Origin: Myxococcales bacterium
Lineage (GTDB): Bacteria > Myxococcota_A > Polyangia > Polyangiales > DASUME01
Assembly (NCBI GenBank): GCA_047601445.1
Contig: JASGJH010000001.1
Coordinates: forward strand, 5,024,001-5,088,000
Reading direction: 5' to 3'
DNA length: 64,000 nt
In this document: positions 18,207 through 30,300 of the stretch, piece by piece
Position numbering within the stretch: position 1 is the first letter of the stretch
How the letters are laid out: every line of letters starts with the position of its first letter
Made by a program: the position numbers and the translations under genes
Notes under the pieces: generated by a model
Seen by the model: only the letters and a program-made list of their open reading frames with translations
Told to the model about the DNA's origin: nothing
Databases searched by the model: none

Positions 18207-19232
18207 ATGAGCGAGCGCATGAACGAGTTGGTGGAGGCCGAACCGCGCGAGGATGATCGCCGCTTCGACCTCACCCTGCGCCCTTCGCGCTTCGACGACT
18301 TCGTCGGGCAAGACAAGATCAAAGAGAACCTCAAGGTGTTCGTGCAGGCGGCCCTGCAGCGCAAGGAGCCGCTGGACCACGTGCTGTTCTGCGGGCCCCC
18401 GGGCCTCGGCAAGACCACCCTGGCCAACATCCTCGCCGAAGAGCTCAACGTGAACCTGGTGCTGGCCTCGGGCCCGGCCATCGAGCACAAGGGCCAGCTC
18501 GCCTCGCTCGTCACCAAGCTCAACGAGCGCGACGTGCTCTTCATCGACGAGATCCATCGCCTGGCGCCCGTGATCGAAGAGAACCTCTACACGGCCATCG
18601 AGGACTTCCGCATCGAGGTGGTCACCGGCGACGGCCCGTACGCCCAGACCCTGCAGCTGCCGCTGCGTCCCTTCACGCTGGTGGCGGCCACCACGCGCAC
18701 CGGCCTGCTCACGGCGCCCCTCCTCTCGCGCTTCGGCTACGTGGCGCGGCTCGACTACTACCCACCCGAACATCTGGCGCGGGTGGTGGCGCGCAGCGCG
18801 GGCTTGCTGGAGATCCCCATCGACGAAGGAGCGGCCTTCGAGATCGCCCGGCGCGCGCGCGGCACCCCGCGCATCGCCAACCGGTTGCTGCGGCGCGCCC
18901 GCGACTTCGCCGAAGTCCTGAGTAACGGCAGGCTCTCCGAGAAGGTGGCCACCGAAGCCCTCGACCGACTCGATGTCGACAGCGCAGGACTCGACGAGAT
19001 GGATCGCCGGTTCCTCACCGTGATCATCGACTACTACAAGGGCGGCCCGGTGGGCATCGAGACCCTGGCCGCCGCCTTGAGTGAGCCGCGCGACACCCTC
19101 GAAGATGTGTACGAGCCCTTCCTCATCCAGCAGGGCCTGCTCGCGCGCACCGCCCGTGGACGTGTGGCCACCGATCGCGCCTACGAGCACCTCAAGCTGC
19201 CCAAGCCGTCACGTCAGCAAGGGCTGTTCTAA
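18207..19232 (+). CDS. ruvB: Holliday junction branch migration helicase RuvB
   Basis: LRP..FVGQ, GPPGLGKTT, FIDEIHRL, RGTPRIANRLLRR, EDVYEPFL. Confidence 0.98.
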   Translation: MSERMNELVEAEPREDDRRFDLTLRPSRFDDFVGQDKIKENLKVFVQAALQRKEPLDHVLFCGPPGLGKTTLANILAEELNVNLVLASGPAIEHKGQLASLVTKLNERDVLFIDEIHRLAPVIEENLYTAIEDFRIEVVTGDGPYAQTLQLPLRPFTLVAATTRTGLLTAPLLSRFGYVARLDYYPPEHLARVVARSAGLLEIPIDEGAAFEIARRARGTPRIANRLLRRARDFAEVLSNGRLSEKVATEALDRLDVDSAGLDEMDRRFLTVIIDYYKGGPVGIETLAAALSEPRDTLEDVYEPFLIQQGLLARTARGRVATDRAYEHLKLPKPSRQQGLF

Positions 19233-19412
19233 TAAGCACGCCCAGGTGATGGCGACGGGAGCGGCTTGACCCGACCGAGCGGCGGGGTCGAAGCTTCGCC
19301 TCGCGATGGCAACGCCCAAACCGGCCAAGACACAGTTCGAGCGCTCACTACTCGCCTGGTCCCCGACCGAAGGACGCGCCCGAGCGAGCGCGCACTAAGC
19401 TCGACGCAGGAA

Positions 19413-20519
19413 CTACAGCAGAGGCTCGCACACCACGCGGATCTTCAGCGCGTGGTCCTTGCCGTCCTGGAGCTTCGCGCAGGCGTCGCCCTGCAGCGTG
19501 ACCGTCTTGTCGTCGATGACCCAGCCTTCGTTCAGGCGCACCAGTGTGTCGTCGAGTTTGACCTCGACGTAGGTCGGATCGGCCGGTGCCGTCTCGAGAT
19601 CGTAGGAGCACGAGACCACCTTGCCCGCGATGCCGCGGAGCTGGGTCAACAGGCTCTGTTCATCGGTGGCGTCCACGGATTTCTCGGTGCCGCCATGCTT
19701 GGCGAAGTCGTCCAGGTTGGCCGCAAAGCCGCCGCTCTTGGAGTCGAAGCCCACCACATAGGTCTTCACGTCGAGCTTCAAGAGCGCGTCGATGGCAGCG
19801 TTGGTGTGGGTCACGGCTTCGGGGTTGGCGCTGATGGCCGCGCTGGAGTCGGGGTCACAGGTGGGCTGCCCGTCGGTCACCAGCAGCACGTAGCGTTGAG
19901 CCACGCTGCCGGCCTTGGGCGCGCCGAAAGTCTTGGCGGCAGCCTCGAGGGCGAGCGCGGTGGGCGTGCTGAAGGTGCGGGGATACTGCGCGTCCAGGGC
20001 AGTCTTGATCTCCGCGGGGGTGCCACCGAAGGGCACGTTGATCTTGCTCGGTGCGCAGACATCGCCATCCACCGGAAAGACCATCAAGCCGAAACGAATG
20101 GCGCCACTCAGATCGGTGACGATCTTGTTGACCGCGCTGGTGGCAGGGGTCCAGCGATCTTTGCCGAACGCCGAGAGGTCGTAGTTGATGCCGATCATAC
20201 TCATGGAGCGGTCGAGCACGATGAGCATGTCCGGAGCCACCGGCTCGGCGTCCACCGACTTCACCTGGCAGAAGCCGTCGTCGCCATCGCCAGAGCGATC
20301 GCCGTCGCCAGAGCGATCGCCGTCGCCGTCTCCATCACCGTCCCCATCGCCATCACCGTCGCCATCGCCCGTGACCGCGCCGTGATTCTCGCCACCACCC
20401 ACCGAGGGGGGCGCGGACGAACAACTCGAGAAGCTCGCGAGCAGACAGCCCGACCACAGGGCCACGGCCGAAGGAGAGAACGCGGTTCGAAGCCAAGCAG
20501 ACAACACGGACCTCAACAT
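19413..20519 (-). CDS. VWA-domain lipoprotein with GD-repeat linker
   Basis: Lipobox-like Cys, (GD)n tract, MIDAS DRSMS, TPT, LLVTDGQP. Confidence 0.8.
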   Translation of the reverse strand: MLRSVLSAWLRTAFSPSAVALWSGCLLASFSSCSSAPPSVGGGENHGAVTGDGDGDGDGDGDGDGDGDRSGDGDRSGDGDDGFCQVKSVDAEPVAPDMLIVLDRSMSMIGINYDLSAFGKDRWTPATSAVNKIVTDLSGAIRFGLMVFPVDGDVCAPSKINVPFGGTPAEIKTALDAQYPRTFSTPTALALEAAAKTFGAPKAGSVAQRYVLLVTDGQPTCDPDSSAAISANPEAVTHTNAAIDALLKLDVKTYVVGFDSKSGGFAANLDDFAKHGGTEKSVDATDEQSLLTQLRGIAGKVVSCSYDLETAPADPTYVEVKLDDTLVRLNEGWVIDDKTVTLQGDACAKLQDGKDHALKIRVVCEPLL

Positions 20520-20699
20520 GCAGGGGGGAGCGATGGCCCGAGGATAGAGGAAACGCCCTAAAAACACGAGTCGCCCCGAGCCCGGAGCAGCGCCTACGCG
20601 CGCTTGGACGCGCGCCGCGCGAGGTGCCTCACAGAAGCCCGACGAGGCACGCTGGTCGAAACCCAGGCCACGCAGGCTGCGACGAGAGTATGCGCGCCC

Positions 20700-21380
20700 T
20701 CAGAAGCCGAACAGGAACGCAGGCCCGACGAAGAGTGCCTTGAAGCGCGTATTGGTGATGGCCTGGTAAGTGGCCTCGGCGCCGATCCCGAAGCGCATCC
20801 CGATGTGCACCATGAAGCCGCCGCCCGCGAGCCACGCCAAGCCCGCCTTGGAAGGCTCGCTCACCCAACCCGGCCCCAGGCCGCCTACGACGTAAGGTCC
20901 CACGGGTCCGACTGGCACCGTGAGCCGCGTGGTCGCCAGCGCTGCCAAGATCGTCGAGCCAGACGGGAAATAGCCTGCGAGGCGTGCGCCTGGCGCCACC
21001 ACCACGGGCCCCACCTCGATGCCGTAGCGGAAGTCGCCCGAGATGGAGAAGCCCACGTTTCCACCGTTGACCGGGATGAAGATGCCCGGCGCGATGGAGA
21101 AGCGAAACCCCGTGTTGTAGGCGAGCACGATGTCGCGCCCCGAGGGTTCCCGCGGGGGAGGCTGGTACGCCTGAGGCTCCTGGGGCTGCTGGATCTCCTG
21201 CGACTGTTGGAACTCCTGGGACTGCTGAACCCCTGGAGACTCCTGAAGCAGTGGCGACTCCTGGATCTCTGGAGGCTGGACCTCCGGAGACCCCTGGGCT
21301 CGGACATTCCGCGACGCGAGCGAGAGCGTGCCAAAGAGTGCGAAAGCGAGCGCAAAGCTGACGAAGGACCCCGGGCGCAT
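20700..21380 (-). CDS. Small outer-membrane beta-barrel protein with Gln/Pro-rich hexad repeats
   Basis: Signal peptide VRA|Q, QQSQEF-like repeats, PYVVGGLG strand, C-terminal Phe. Confidence 0.7.
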   Translation of the reverse strand: MRPGSFVSFALAFALFGTLSLASRNVRAQGSPEVQPPEIQESPLLQESPGVQQSQEFQQSQEIQQPQEPQAYQPPPREPSGRDIVLAYNTGFRFSIAPGIFIPVNGGNVGFSISGDFRYGIEVGPVVVAPGARLAGYFPSGSTILAALATTRLTVPVGPVGPYVVGGLGPGWVSEPSKAGLAWLAGGGFMVHIGMRFGIGAEATYQAITNTRFKALFVGPAFLFGF

Positions 21381-21545
21381 CCTCTTAGCCTCCACTGTTG
21401 CGTTCGGCCGTGCAACCAACGCTCACGAACAGGGTCCACACCACCCCGCCCCATGGGAATAGCCCGTCTCCGCAGGCCGGTTAGGCGAGACTTTCGGGTC
21501 CTCCCACCGCAAACGGGTTCCGATGTCGCCCGCCAGAGTTTGTCG

Positions 21546-23282
21546 ATGACCCCCCCGAGTCTGCGCGGACGCATGCTCGGCTCCCTATTGCCGCTGATGC
21601 TTGGCACGAGCCTCGCGGAAGGCTGCACCCGTGACGAGAGCAAGCGGCCTGCAAGCGATGCCGGTGCACGAGACGCAGCGGCACCACGCCATTGCTCGGA
21701 CCTGCATTGGGACGGTGGCCTCGAAGACCCTGCCCAAACCTTTTGCTCGGATGGGCTCCGCTGCAACGGCGCGGAGAGGTGCTCGCCCAACGATCTGCAC
21801 GCCGACGAACGAGGCTGCGCTCCGGGCACGCCCTTCGATTGCGGACCTGGCACCTGCAGCGAGGGGGAGCCCGCATGCTTGGCTCCTCCGCAGATGTGGG
21901 GCTCGTGCAACGAACCGTTCGGGTGCCCGCCTCCAACGTACCCAGACGCGCTTTGCGACTCCAAGCAGAGGGACGCGTGCGGCGGACCGCTAGGCGGCTG
22001 CGGCCGGCTCCCCAACGGCTCCTTCACCTGCACCTGTCCGCAAGGATGGGAGGCTACGGGCACCGCGTCCTGCCATTGCCCCACGGGCCAGCGGTTCTAC
22101 CCGGACACCTATCCTCAGTGCACGACCGTCGGTTGGAGCGCCGCGCGCCCGATCGTCGAGCACGTGGCGATCACTGCGGGCCCCGCCGTGGACATGATTC
22201 ACGCTGACCAAAGCGGCACCCCGGTCGCCATCGTCTGGGGCACGAGCGCAGGACTTCACGGCAGGCTCTTTCGCCTCCTGGACGAGTGGGACTCGGCCAC
22301 CACCGCGAATTTCGCGTTACCAGAGGGCGAACAGCTCACGGCTCTGGACGTGTCGGTCGTCGGCACGCCCAGCGTAGCGACCGAGACCAAATGGCCCCAC
22401 AGCGTGGGCGTGCTGACGGCCACGAGCGACGGCAATCCAGAGCGGGCCTATCGCTTCGAGCTCAGCCCCGGGAGCTTCGAGAAGCTTGTGCGCGTCGACG
22501 AACAGCTGCCCAACTGGGGAGGCTCGCAGGGCGCGCGCGCCGATGAGACCGGCATGGGCCTCATCAGCTGGTCGAGTCTGGACACGCAGACCAACGAGTC
22601 CTCGATCTGGGTGCAGTCGTTCCGGGATGCACTCGGCTGGTCGCCACCGACGCGCCTGGCCGGGGGCAACGTGCTGCCGAGCCTGGGCCAAAATCTCGCG
22701 GTCTTCGCGGACCAGTACGCGACCTTCCGTTCCGACGACGGCAGCTGGTCGGAGCTGAAACCGGATCACAACATCCGCTTGCCCGTTGTATTCGGCTTGG
22801 GCCAACTCGTCCTGGGCGGCGTCGACATGCTCAGCCAGTACGTCACGTACGGCGCCGACGCCGGCTGGTCGGCGCCCGAAGCGACCGGTGCCAACGCCAG
22901 CGCGGTGAACATGCTCGGCAATGGGGGCGGGTACAGTACTCTGTGGGTCGAGGGCTCCACGATCCGCGTGAGGAGGTTCGTGCAGGATAGCTGGCAAGTC
23001 CCTGAAACCGTCCTCGAAGAGGCAGGCAGCGTCAGCCAGCTGCGCGTGGCGGCCTACGGCAAGGTTGGCTCCGAGATTGTCGTGTGGTGCCTCGACGGAA
23101 CCGTCGTGAAAGCCGCAATCCCGTCCAACGGTGGCTGGGACGTAACCACACTACGGACCACAGGCGGCCCCGAAGTTCAGCAGCTCGACATCCAGCTCGA
23201 CCCGGTCAACCGCGCCTTCGTCGTGTGGGTCGAGCGCGAGAGCGACACCAGCCAGAGCATCTACTCTGCTCGCTACCAGTGA
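21546..23282 (+). CDS. Cys-rich (EGF-like) exported protein / lipoprotein with C-terminal propeller-like region
   Basis: CSDGLRCNGAERC, NGSFTCTCPQGW EGF-like motif, repeated W-S-x-P blade motifs. The upstream part of the track ORF is a shadow of the opposite-strand gene. Confidence 0.7.
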   Translation: MTPPSLRGRMLGSLLPLMLGTSLAEGCTRDESKRPASDAGARDAAAPRHCSDLHWDGGLEDPAQTFCSDGLRCNGAERCSPNDLHADERGCAPGTPFDCGPGTCSEGEPACLAPPQMWGSCNEPFGCPPPTYPDALCDSKQRDACGGPLGGCGRLPNGSFTCTCPQGWEATGTASCHCPTGQRFYPDTYPQCTTVGWSAARPIVEHVAITAGPAVDMIHADQSGTPVAIVWGTSAGLHGRLFRLLDEWDSATTANFALPEGEQLTALDVSVVGTPSVATETKWPHSVGVLTATSDGNPERAYRFELSPGSFEKLVRVDEQLPNWGGSQGARADETGMGLISWSSLDTQTNESSIWVQSFRDALGWSPPTRLAGGNVLPSLGQNLAVFADQYATFRSDDGSWSELKPDHNIRLPVVFGLGQLVLGGVDMLSQYVTYGADAGWSAPEATGANASAVNMLGNGGGYSTLWVEGSTIRVRRFVQDSWQVPETVLEEAGSVSQLRVAAYGKVGSEIVVWCLDGTVVKAAIPSNGGWDVTTLRTTGGPEVQQLDIQLDPVNRAFVVWVERESDTSQSIYSARYQ

Positions 23283-23297
23283 AGCCCCGAGGCGCGC

Positions 23298-25351
<2,054 letters not shown>

Positions 25352-25605
25352 AACCGCGAGTCTGAGCCAGCCGGGGTTCCTGTCAACGCCGGCTTGCAGG
25401 GGCGTCGCCCGTGGGGCGGCCGAGGTGCGCCGGAGAGGGTCTCGGGTTTGCACGCATTTTGCGTCCCCAGGGACGGGCTGCTATTCACGTTCGGTGGGCT
25501 GGGACGCAAGGGTTGACGTGCAGTGCGCACGCCAACGACAATCGAGGGCGCGACTAGGTGATGCTCGCGGGCGGACCCCGCTTCGACCCACCGTCGCGCG
25601 AGTGC

Positions 25606-27117
25606 ATGGCTGAGCAACGCTACCGCGTCATCGATCGTCTCGAAGCTGGAGGCATGGCTGAGGTCTTCCGAGGGGAAGCACTCAGTGTGCAGGGCTTCAA
25701 GAAACAAGTTGCGATCAAGCGCGTTCTGCCGAATCTGGCGCAGAACAAGAGCTTCATCCGCATGTTCCTGGACGAGGCGCGTCTCGGCGCCCGCCTGAAC
25801 CATGCAAACATCGTCACGGTCTTCGACATCGGCGCCGCCGACAACACCTACTTCATCGTGATGGAGTTCGTGGACGGGGCGAACCTCAAGACCGTCCTCG
25901 AGACGCTCAAGAAGCAGGGCCGGCGCCCGGGCGTCAAAGAGATGCTCTACATCGGCATGGAGGTCTGCCGCGGCCTGGCCTACGCCCACGACATCCGAGA
26001 CGATGCCGGCACACTGCTGAATATCGTCCACCGCGACATTTCTCCGCCCAATATCCTCATCACCAAGGGTGGCGAGGTGAAGGTCACAGACTTCGGTCTG
26101 GCCAAGGCCACCACCCAGCTCGAAAAAACCGACCCGGGCGTGGTGAAGGGCAAGTTCAGCTATCTCTCGCCCGAGGCCGCCATGGGTCTCGAGGTGGACG
26201 CCCGCGCCGACCTGTTCGCGGTGGGCATCGTGATCTGGGAGGCGCTCGCCGGACGGCGCCTGTTCTTGGGCGAGTCCGACTACGAGACCGTCAAGAAGGT
26301 CCAGAAGAGCGACATCCCGAGCCTGGGTGCGATCAACCCGGAGGTCGACGCTGACCTCGAAGCCCTGCTCGGAAAGATCATGGCCAAGGACCGCGAACAG
26401 CGGTTCCAGACGGCCCACGACGTGCAGGACGCCATCGCGGACTACCTGTTCGCCCGGCGCATGAAGGTGACCTCCTCCGACGTGGGTCGCATGATGCAGG
26501 CCGTGGTCGCGCTACGGGCGCAGGAGAAGCAGCGCGAGCGCGAGCGCAAGGCCGACCACAGCATCATCGACCAGCTCATCCAGGACGAGCTGCTGGCCTT
26601 CACCTCGCTCGACGAGATGAACGACCCGCTGAACCCGGCCTCGGGCTCGGCCAAGGCCAACCAAATCAGCAAGACGCCCAAGGCGGGCGCCAAGCCGCTG
26701 GACGCCACGTCCTTCAACGCCCAGCTCGAGAACCCGGCCAACTGGTTCTCGGAGGACGACATCGACCAGGCGACCTCGTTCTTCGATCGCAGCGCCATCC
26801 CGGGCTCTCGCGCGAGCGACCCGCGGGAGCTGGCCGCATTGCTCGAAGAAGAAGACGAAAAGGGCGAGGACCGCAAGACGGGTGCCGAGGCCCTGGGCGA
26901 CATGCTGGACAACGAGGTCGAGGCCAACAAGACCCAGCCTCCGTCGCCCGCGGCAGCACCGGCTGCCAGGGCTTCCAAGCCTCCGCCCGCGAACCAGCCC
27001 GCCCTGAGCGTCGCCAAAGAGAGCGGGGGCGGCTCCATGAAGTATGTGGTGCTGGCCCTGGTGATCCTGCTGGGGGCCGGTGCGGCTGCCTGGTTCGGCA
27101 ATCTGATTCCACACTGA
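25606..27117 (+). CDS. Hanks-type Ser/Thr protein kinase with C-terminal TM anchor
   Basis: GGMAEVF, VAIK, HRDISPPN, DFG, YLSPE. Confidence 0.95.
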   Translation: MAEQRYRVIDRLEAGGMAEVFRGEALSVQGFKKQVAIKRVLPNLAQNKSFIRMFLDEARLGARLNHANIVTVFDIGAADNTYFIVMEFVDGANLKTVLETLKKQGRRPGVKEMLYIGMEVCRGLAYAHDIRDDAGTLLNIVHRDISPPNILITKGGEVKVTDFGLAKATTQLEKTDPGVVKGKFSYLSPEAAMGLEVDARADLFAVGIVIWEALAGRRLFLGESDYETVKKVQKSDIPSLGAINPEVDADLEALLGKIMAKDREQRFQTAHDVQDAIADYLFARRMKVTSSDVGRMMQAVVALRAQEKQRERERKADHSIIDQLIQDELLAFTSLDEMNDPLNPASGSAKANQISKTPKAGAKPLDATSFNAQLENPANWFSEDDIDQATSFFDRSAIPGSRASDPRELAALLEEEDEKGEDRKTGAEALGDMLDNEVEANKTQPPSPAAAPAARASKPPPANQPALSVAKESGGGSMKYVVLALVILLGAGAAAWFGNLIPH

Positions 27118-27370
27118 GATCGCCTGCCGACGGGGAGCGGACCTTCCTTGGAAGGAGCTGCCCTCGCCCCAAGCGCGGCCCGAGTTGGCCAAGCGGCCTA
27201 TGAGCGCGGACACAGCACCGCGCTCGGCCGTAGTGTTTTGCTCGTCAGGCTCGTAAGCCGTTCAAGCTACAGTCCGCCTCGCGCTGAAGCCGGGGGTCAT
27301 CCACCGCGGTGCGCGCGTACAACTGGCGCCCTCCTCATCTGGAGGCGCCTTGCCGCGGGGCTGAGCACCT

Positions 27371-30300
27371 ATGAACGTCCGCTACCTCTTGCTTTGTGCG
27401 TCCCTCAGCCTCCTGGCCGCATGTTCGGGCACCCAGGACGACGAGGTCACCGAGATCCCCTGCGACGACGGCCACGGCTGTCCAAATGGCTATTCCTGCG
27501 AGGAAAACCTGTGCGTCGCCAGCGATGCCAGCATCTCCAACGATCAGGTCCAGGCCACGGGTGAGGCGGCCGGCGCGCCGGCGGTGGTCGAGGTGGAGAC
27601 CGGTGGCTGCAAGGGACCTTCCTGCGAGATCGCGGCCGGCAGCGACGTGACGTTCCGCGCGCCTGAGCTCGAGGGCTACCGCTTCACAGGCTGGAGCGGC
27701 GACGAGCGCTGCATGGGGACCGACTTCGTCCTGATGCTGGAGAACGTGGCCGCCAACATCCATTGTGTGGCGAATTACGTAAAACGAGTGAACATCGCGG
27801 GCGACACCACTTTACCAGGGGCGGCCATCACGGCGGCCTCCCAGGCGGGGTTCGCGGCCTGCGCGGTCCAGAGCTGCGAGGTGGACCAGGGCAGTAGCGT
27901 GGTGATCACGGCGGGTGACGTGTCGGGGCATCGCTTCGCGGGCTTCAGCGGGACCGGCTGCGACAACGTGATGGGCAACATGGTGAGCGTGGTCGCGGGC
28001 GACAGCGACGTCACCTGCACCGCCAACTACGTGCTGATCTACAGCGTGTTCGGCAACGTCCAGGGGGCGCCAGGCGCGGTCGTGGCGAGCTCGGACACGC
28101 CGGCTTCGGCCTGCTCGGACAACGGCTGTCAGGTCGACGAGGGCGGCAGCGTGACGCTCAGCGCGCCCATAATGGATGGCTATCGCTTCACTGGCTGGAG
28201 CGGCAACGCCGACGCCTGCACGGGCAGCGAGCCCAGCGTGACCGTGGCCAACGTGTCAGCGCCCATCCTGTGCACGGCCTCGTTCGTTGCGCGCTACGGC
28301 GTGGTGTCCGGGACCACCGGTCTGGCCACGGCGCTGGTGCTCGATGCGAGCTCGGAGGATGCGTTCGCGGACTGCGCCGAAGGCAGCTGTGACGTGGATC
28401 AGGGCAGCAGCGTCACCGTGGTGGCGCCGGTGGTGGCGGGCTACAAGTTCCTCGGCTTCGAGGGAGACGGCTGCGATGATCCGGCCGACCTCTCTGGCAC
28501 CACGCTGACCCTCACGAACGTCGGCAGTGACCTCGATTGCCTCGCCGCCTATGAGGCGCTGCCCCCGGGCAAGGTGAACGTCGTCGGCAATATGAAGGTG
28601 GGCGTGCCGGGCGCGGTCACGGCGAGCTCCCCCAACGCCAGCTGCAGCAATGGGATCTGCGTGGTGGATGAGGGCAGCAGCGTGACGCTGGTGGCGCCGA
28701 ACCTGGCGCCCGCGTGGCGCTTCACGGGCTGGAGCGGCCCCGGCTGCAGCGGAGCCAACCTCACGCTGGCCCTGAGCAACGTGCTCACGGATACGACGTG
28801 CACGGCGAACTACACGCAGCGCTTCGACGTGACGGCCGCAGTGGCGGCGAACGGCGGAGGCAGCGTGGGCATCACGTCGGCGGCGCCGAGCACTTGCGCG
28901 GGCACGAGCTGCAAGGTCGACAACGGCGGCACGGCGACCCTGACCGCAGCCCCGAGCGCGAACTTCCGCTTCGACAAGTGGGATGGCGGAGTGGGCTGCA
29001 ACAGCACGAACGCCACCCTGAACCTCCCTCCCATCAGTGGCAACACCACCTGCACTGCGCACTTCGTCGCGCGCGTCACCGTGAGCTTCAACGCGGTCGC
29101 CAATGGCAGCGTGGCGGCCTCGAACACGCCAGCCAACGCCGTGTGCACCACTGGCAGCTGCGTGATCGATCAGGGCGACGGCCTGCGACTCACGGCCACG
29201 CCCGCCGCCAACTACGTGTTCAAGAGCTGGAGCTGCTCCGCCAGCACCACCAGCCCGCTCGACCTCGGGCCGGTCAACACCAGCGTCACCTGCAGCGCCA
29301 CCTTCGCGCTCATCCAGTACAGCGTCAGCTACTCCGCAAGCAACGGCGGCACGCTCACACCGCCCGGCGGCTGCCCCGCAAGCCCCGGCTCGTGCAACCA
29401 GAACATCAACTCGCAGCCCCAGCTCACCGCCGGTGCCGACACCGCCACGGCGCGCTTCACGGGTTGGTCGGGTTGCAGCGGCACGGTCAACAACCGCACC
29501 ATCACGCTCGACGCCCTCAAGGGCAACGTCAGCTGCACGGCCAACTTCATCAAGCGCTGGACGGTCACCGCCAGCGCAGGCACCGGCGGAAGCGCAGCCC
29601 TCACGGCCCCCTGCGCCGGCGCTTCGTGCACCATCGACGACAACGGCTCGGCCACCTGGCTCGCCACACCCACCGGCAGCTATCGCTTCGATCACTGGGA
29701 CGGCGACGCGGGCTGCACCGGAACCAATCCCACGCTCAGCCTCAGCAACCTCACCGCGGCCACTACCTGCAAGGCCAACTTCACCGCGCGCGTCACCGTG
29801 AGCTTCAACGCAGTCGCCAATGGCAGCGTGGCGGCCTCGAACACGCCAGCCAACGCCGTGTGCACCACCGGCAGCTGCGTGATCGATCAGGGCGACGGCC
29901 TGCGACTCACGGCCACGCCCGCCGCCAACTACGTGTTCAAGAGCTGGAGCTGCTCCGCCAGCACTACCAGCCCGCTCGACCTCGGGCCGGTCAACACCAG
30001 CGTCACCTGCAGCGCCACCTTCGCGCTCATCCAGTACAGCGTCAGCTACTCCGCAAGCAACGGCGGCACGCTCACACCGCCCGGCGGCTGCCCCGCAAGC
30101 CCCGGCTCGTGCAACCAGAACATCAACTCGCAGCCCCAGCTCACCGCCGGTCCCGACACCGCCACGGCGCGCTTCACGGGTTGGTCGGGTTGCAGCGGCA
30201 CGGTCAACAACCGCACCATCACGCTCGACGCCCTCAAGGGCAACGTCAGCTGCACAGCCAACTTCATCAAGCGCTGGACGGTCACCGCCAGCGCAGGCAC

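Noticed and set aside
20280..20375. (GD)n hexamer tracts here and at ~58130-58205 as a novel repeat system
   Set aside because: They are in-frame low-complexity linkers common in myxobacterial lipoproteins.
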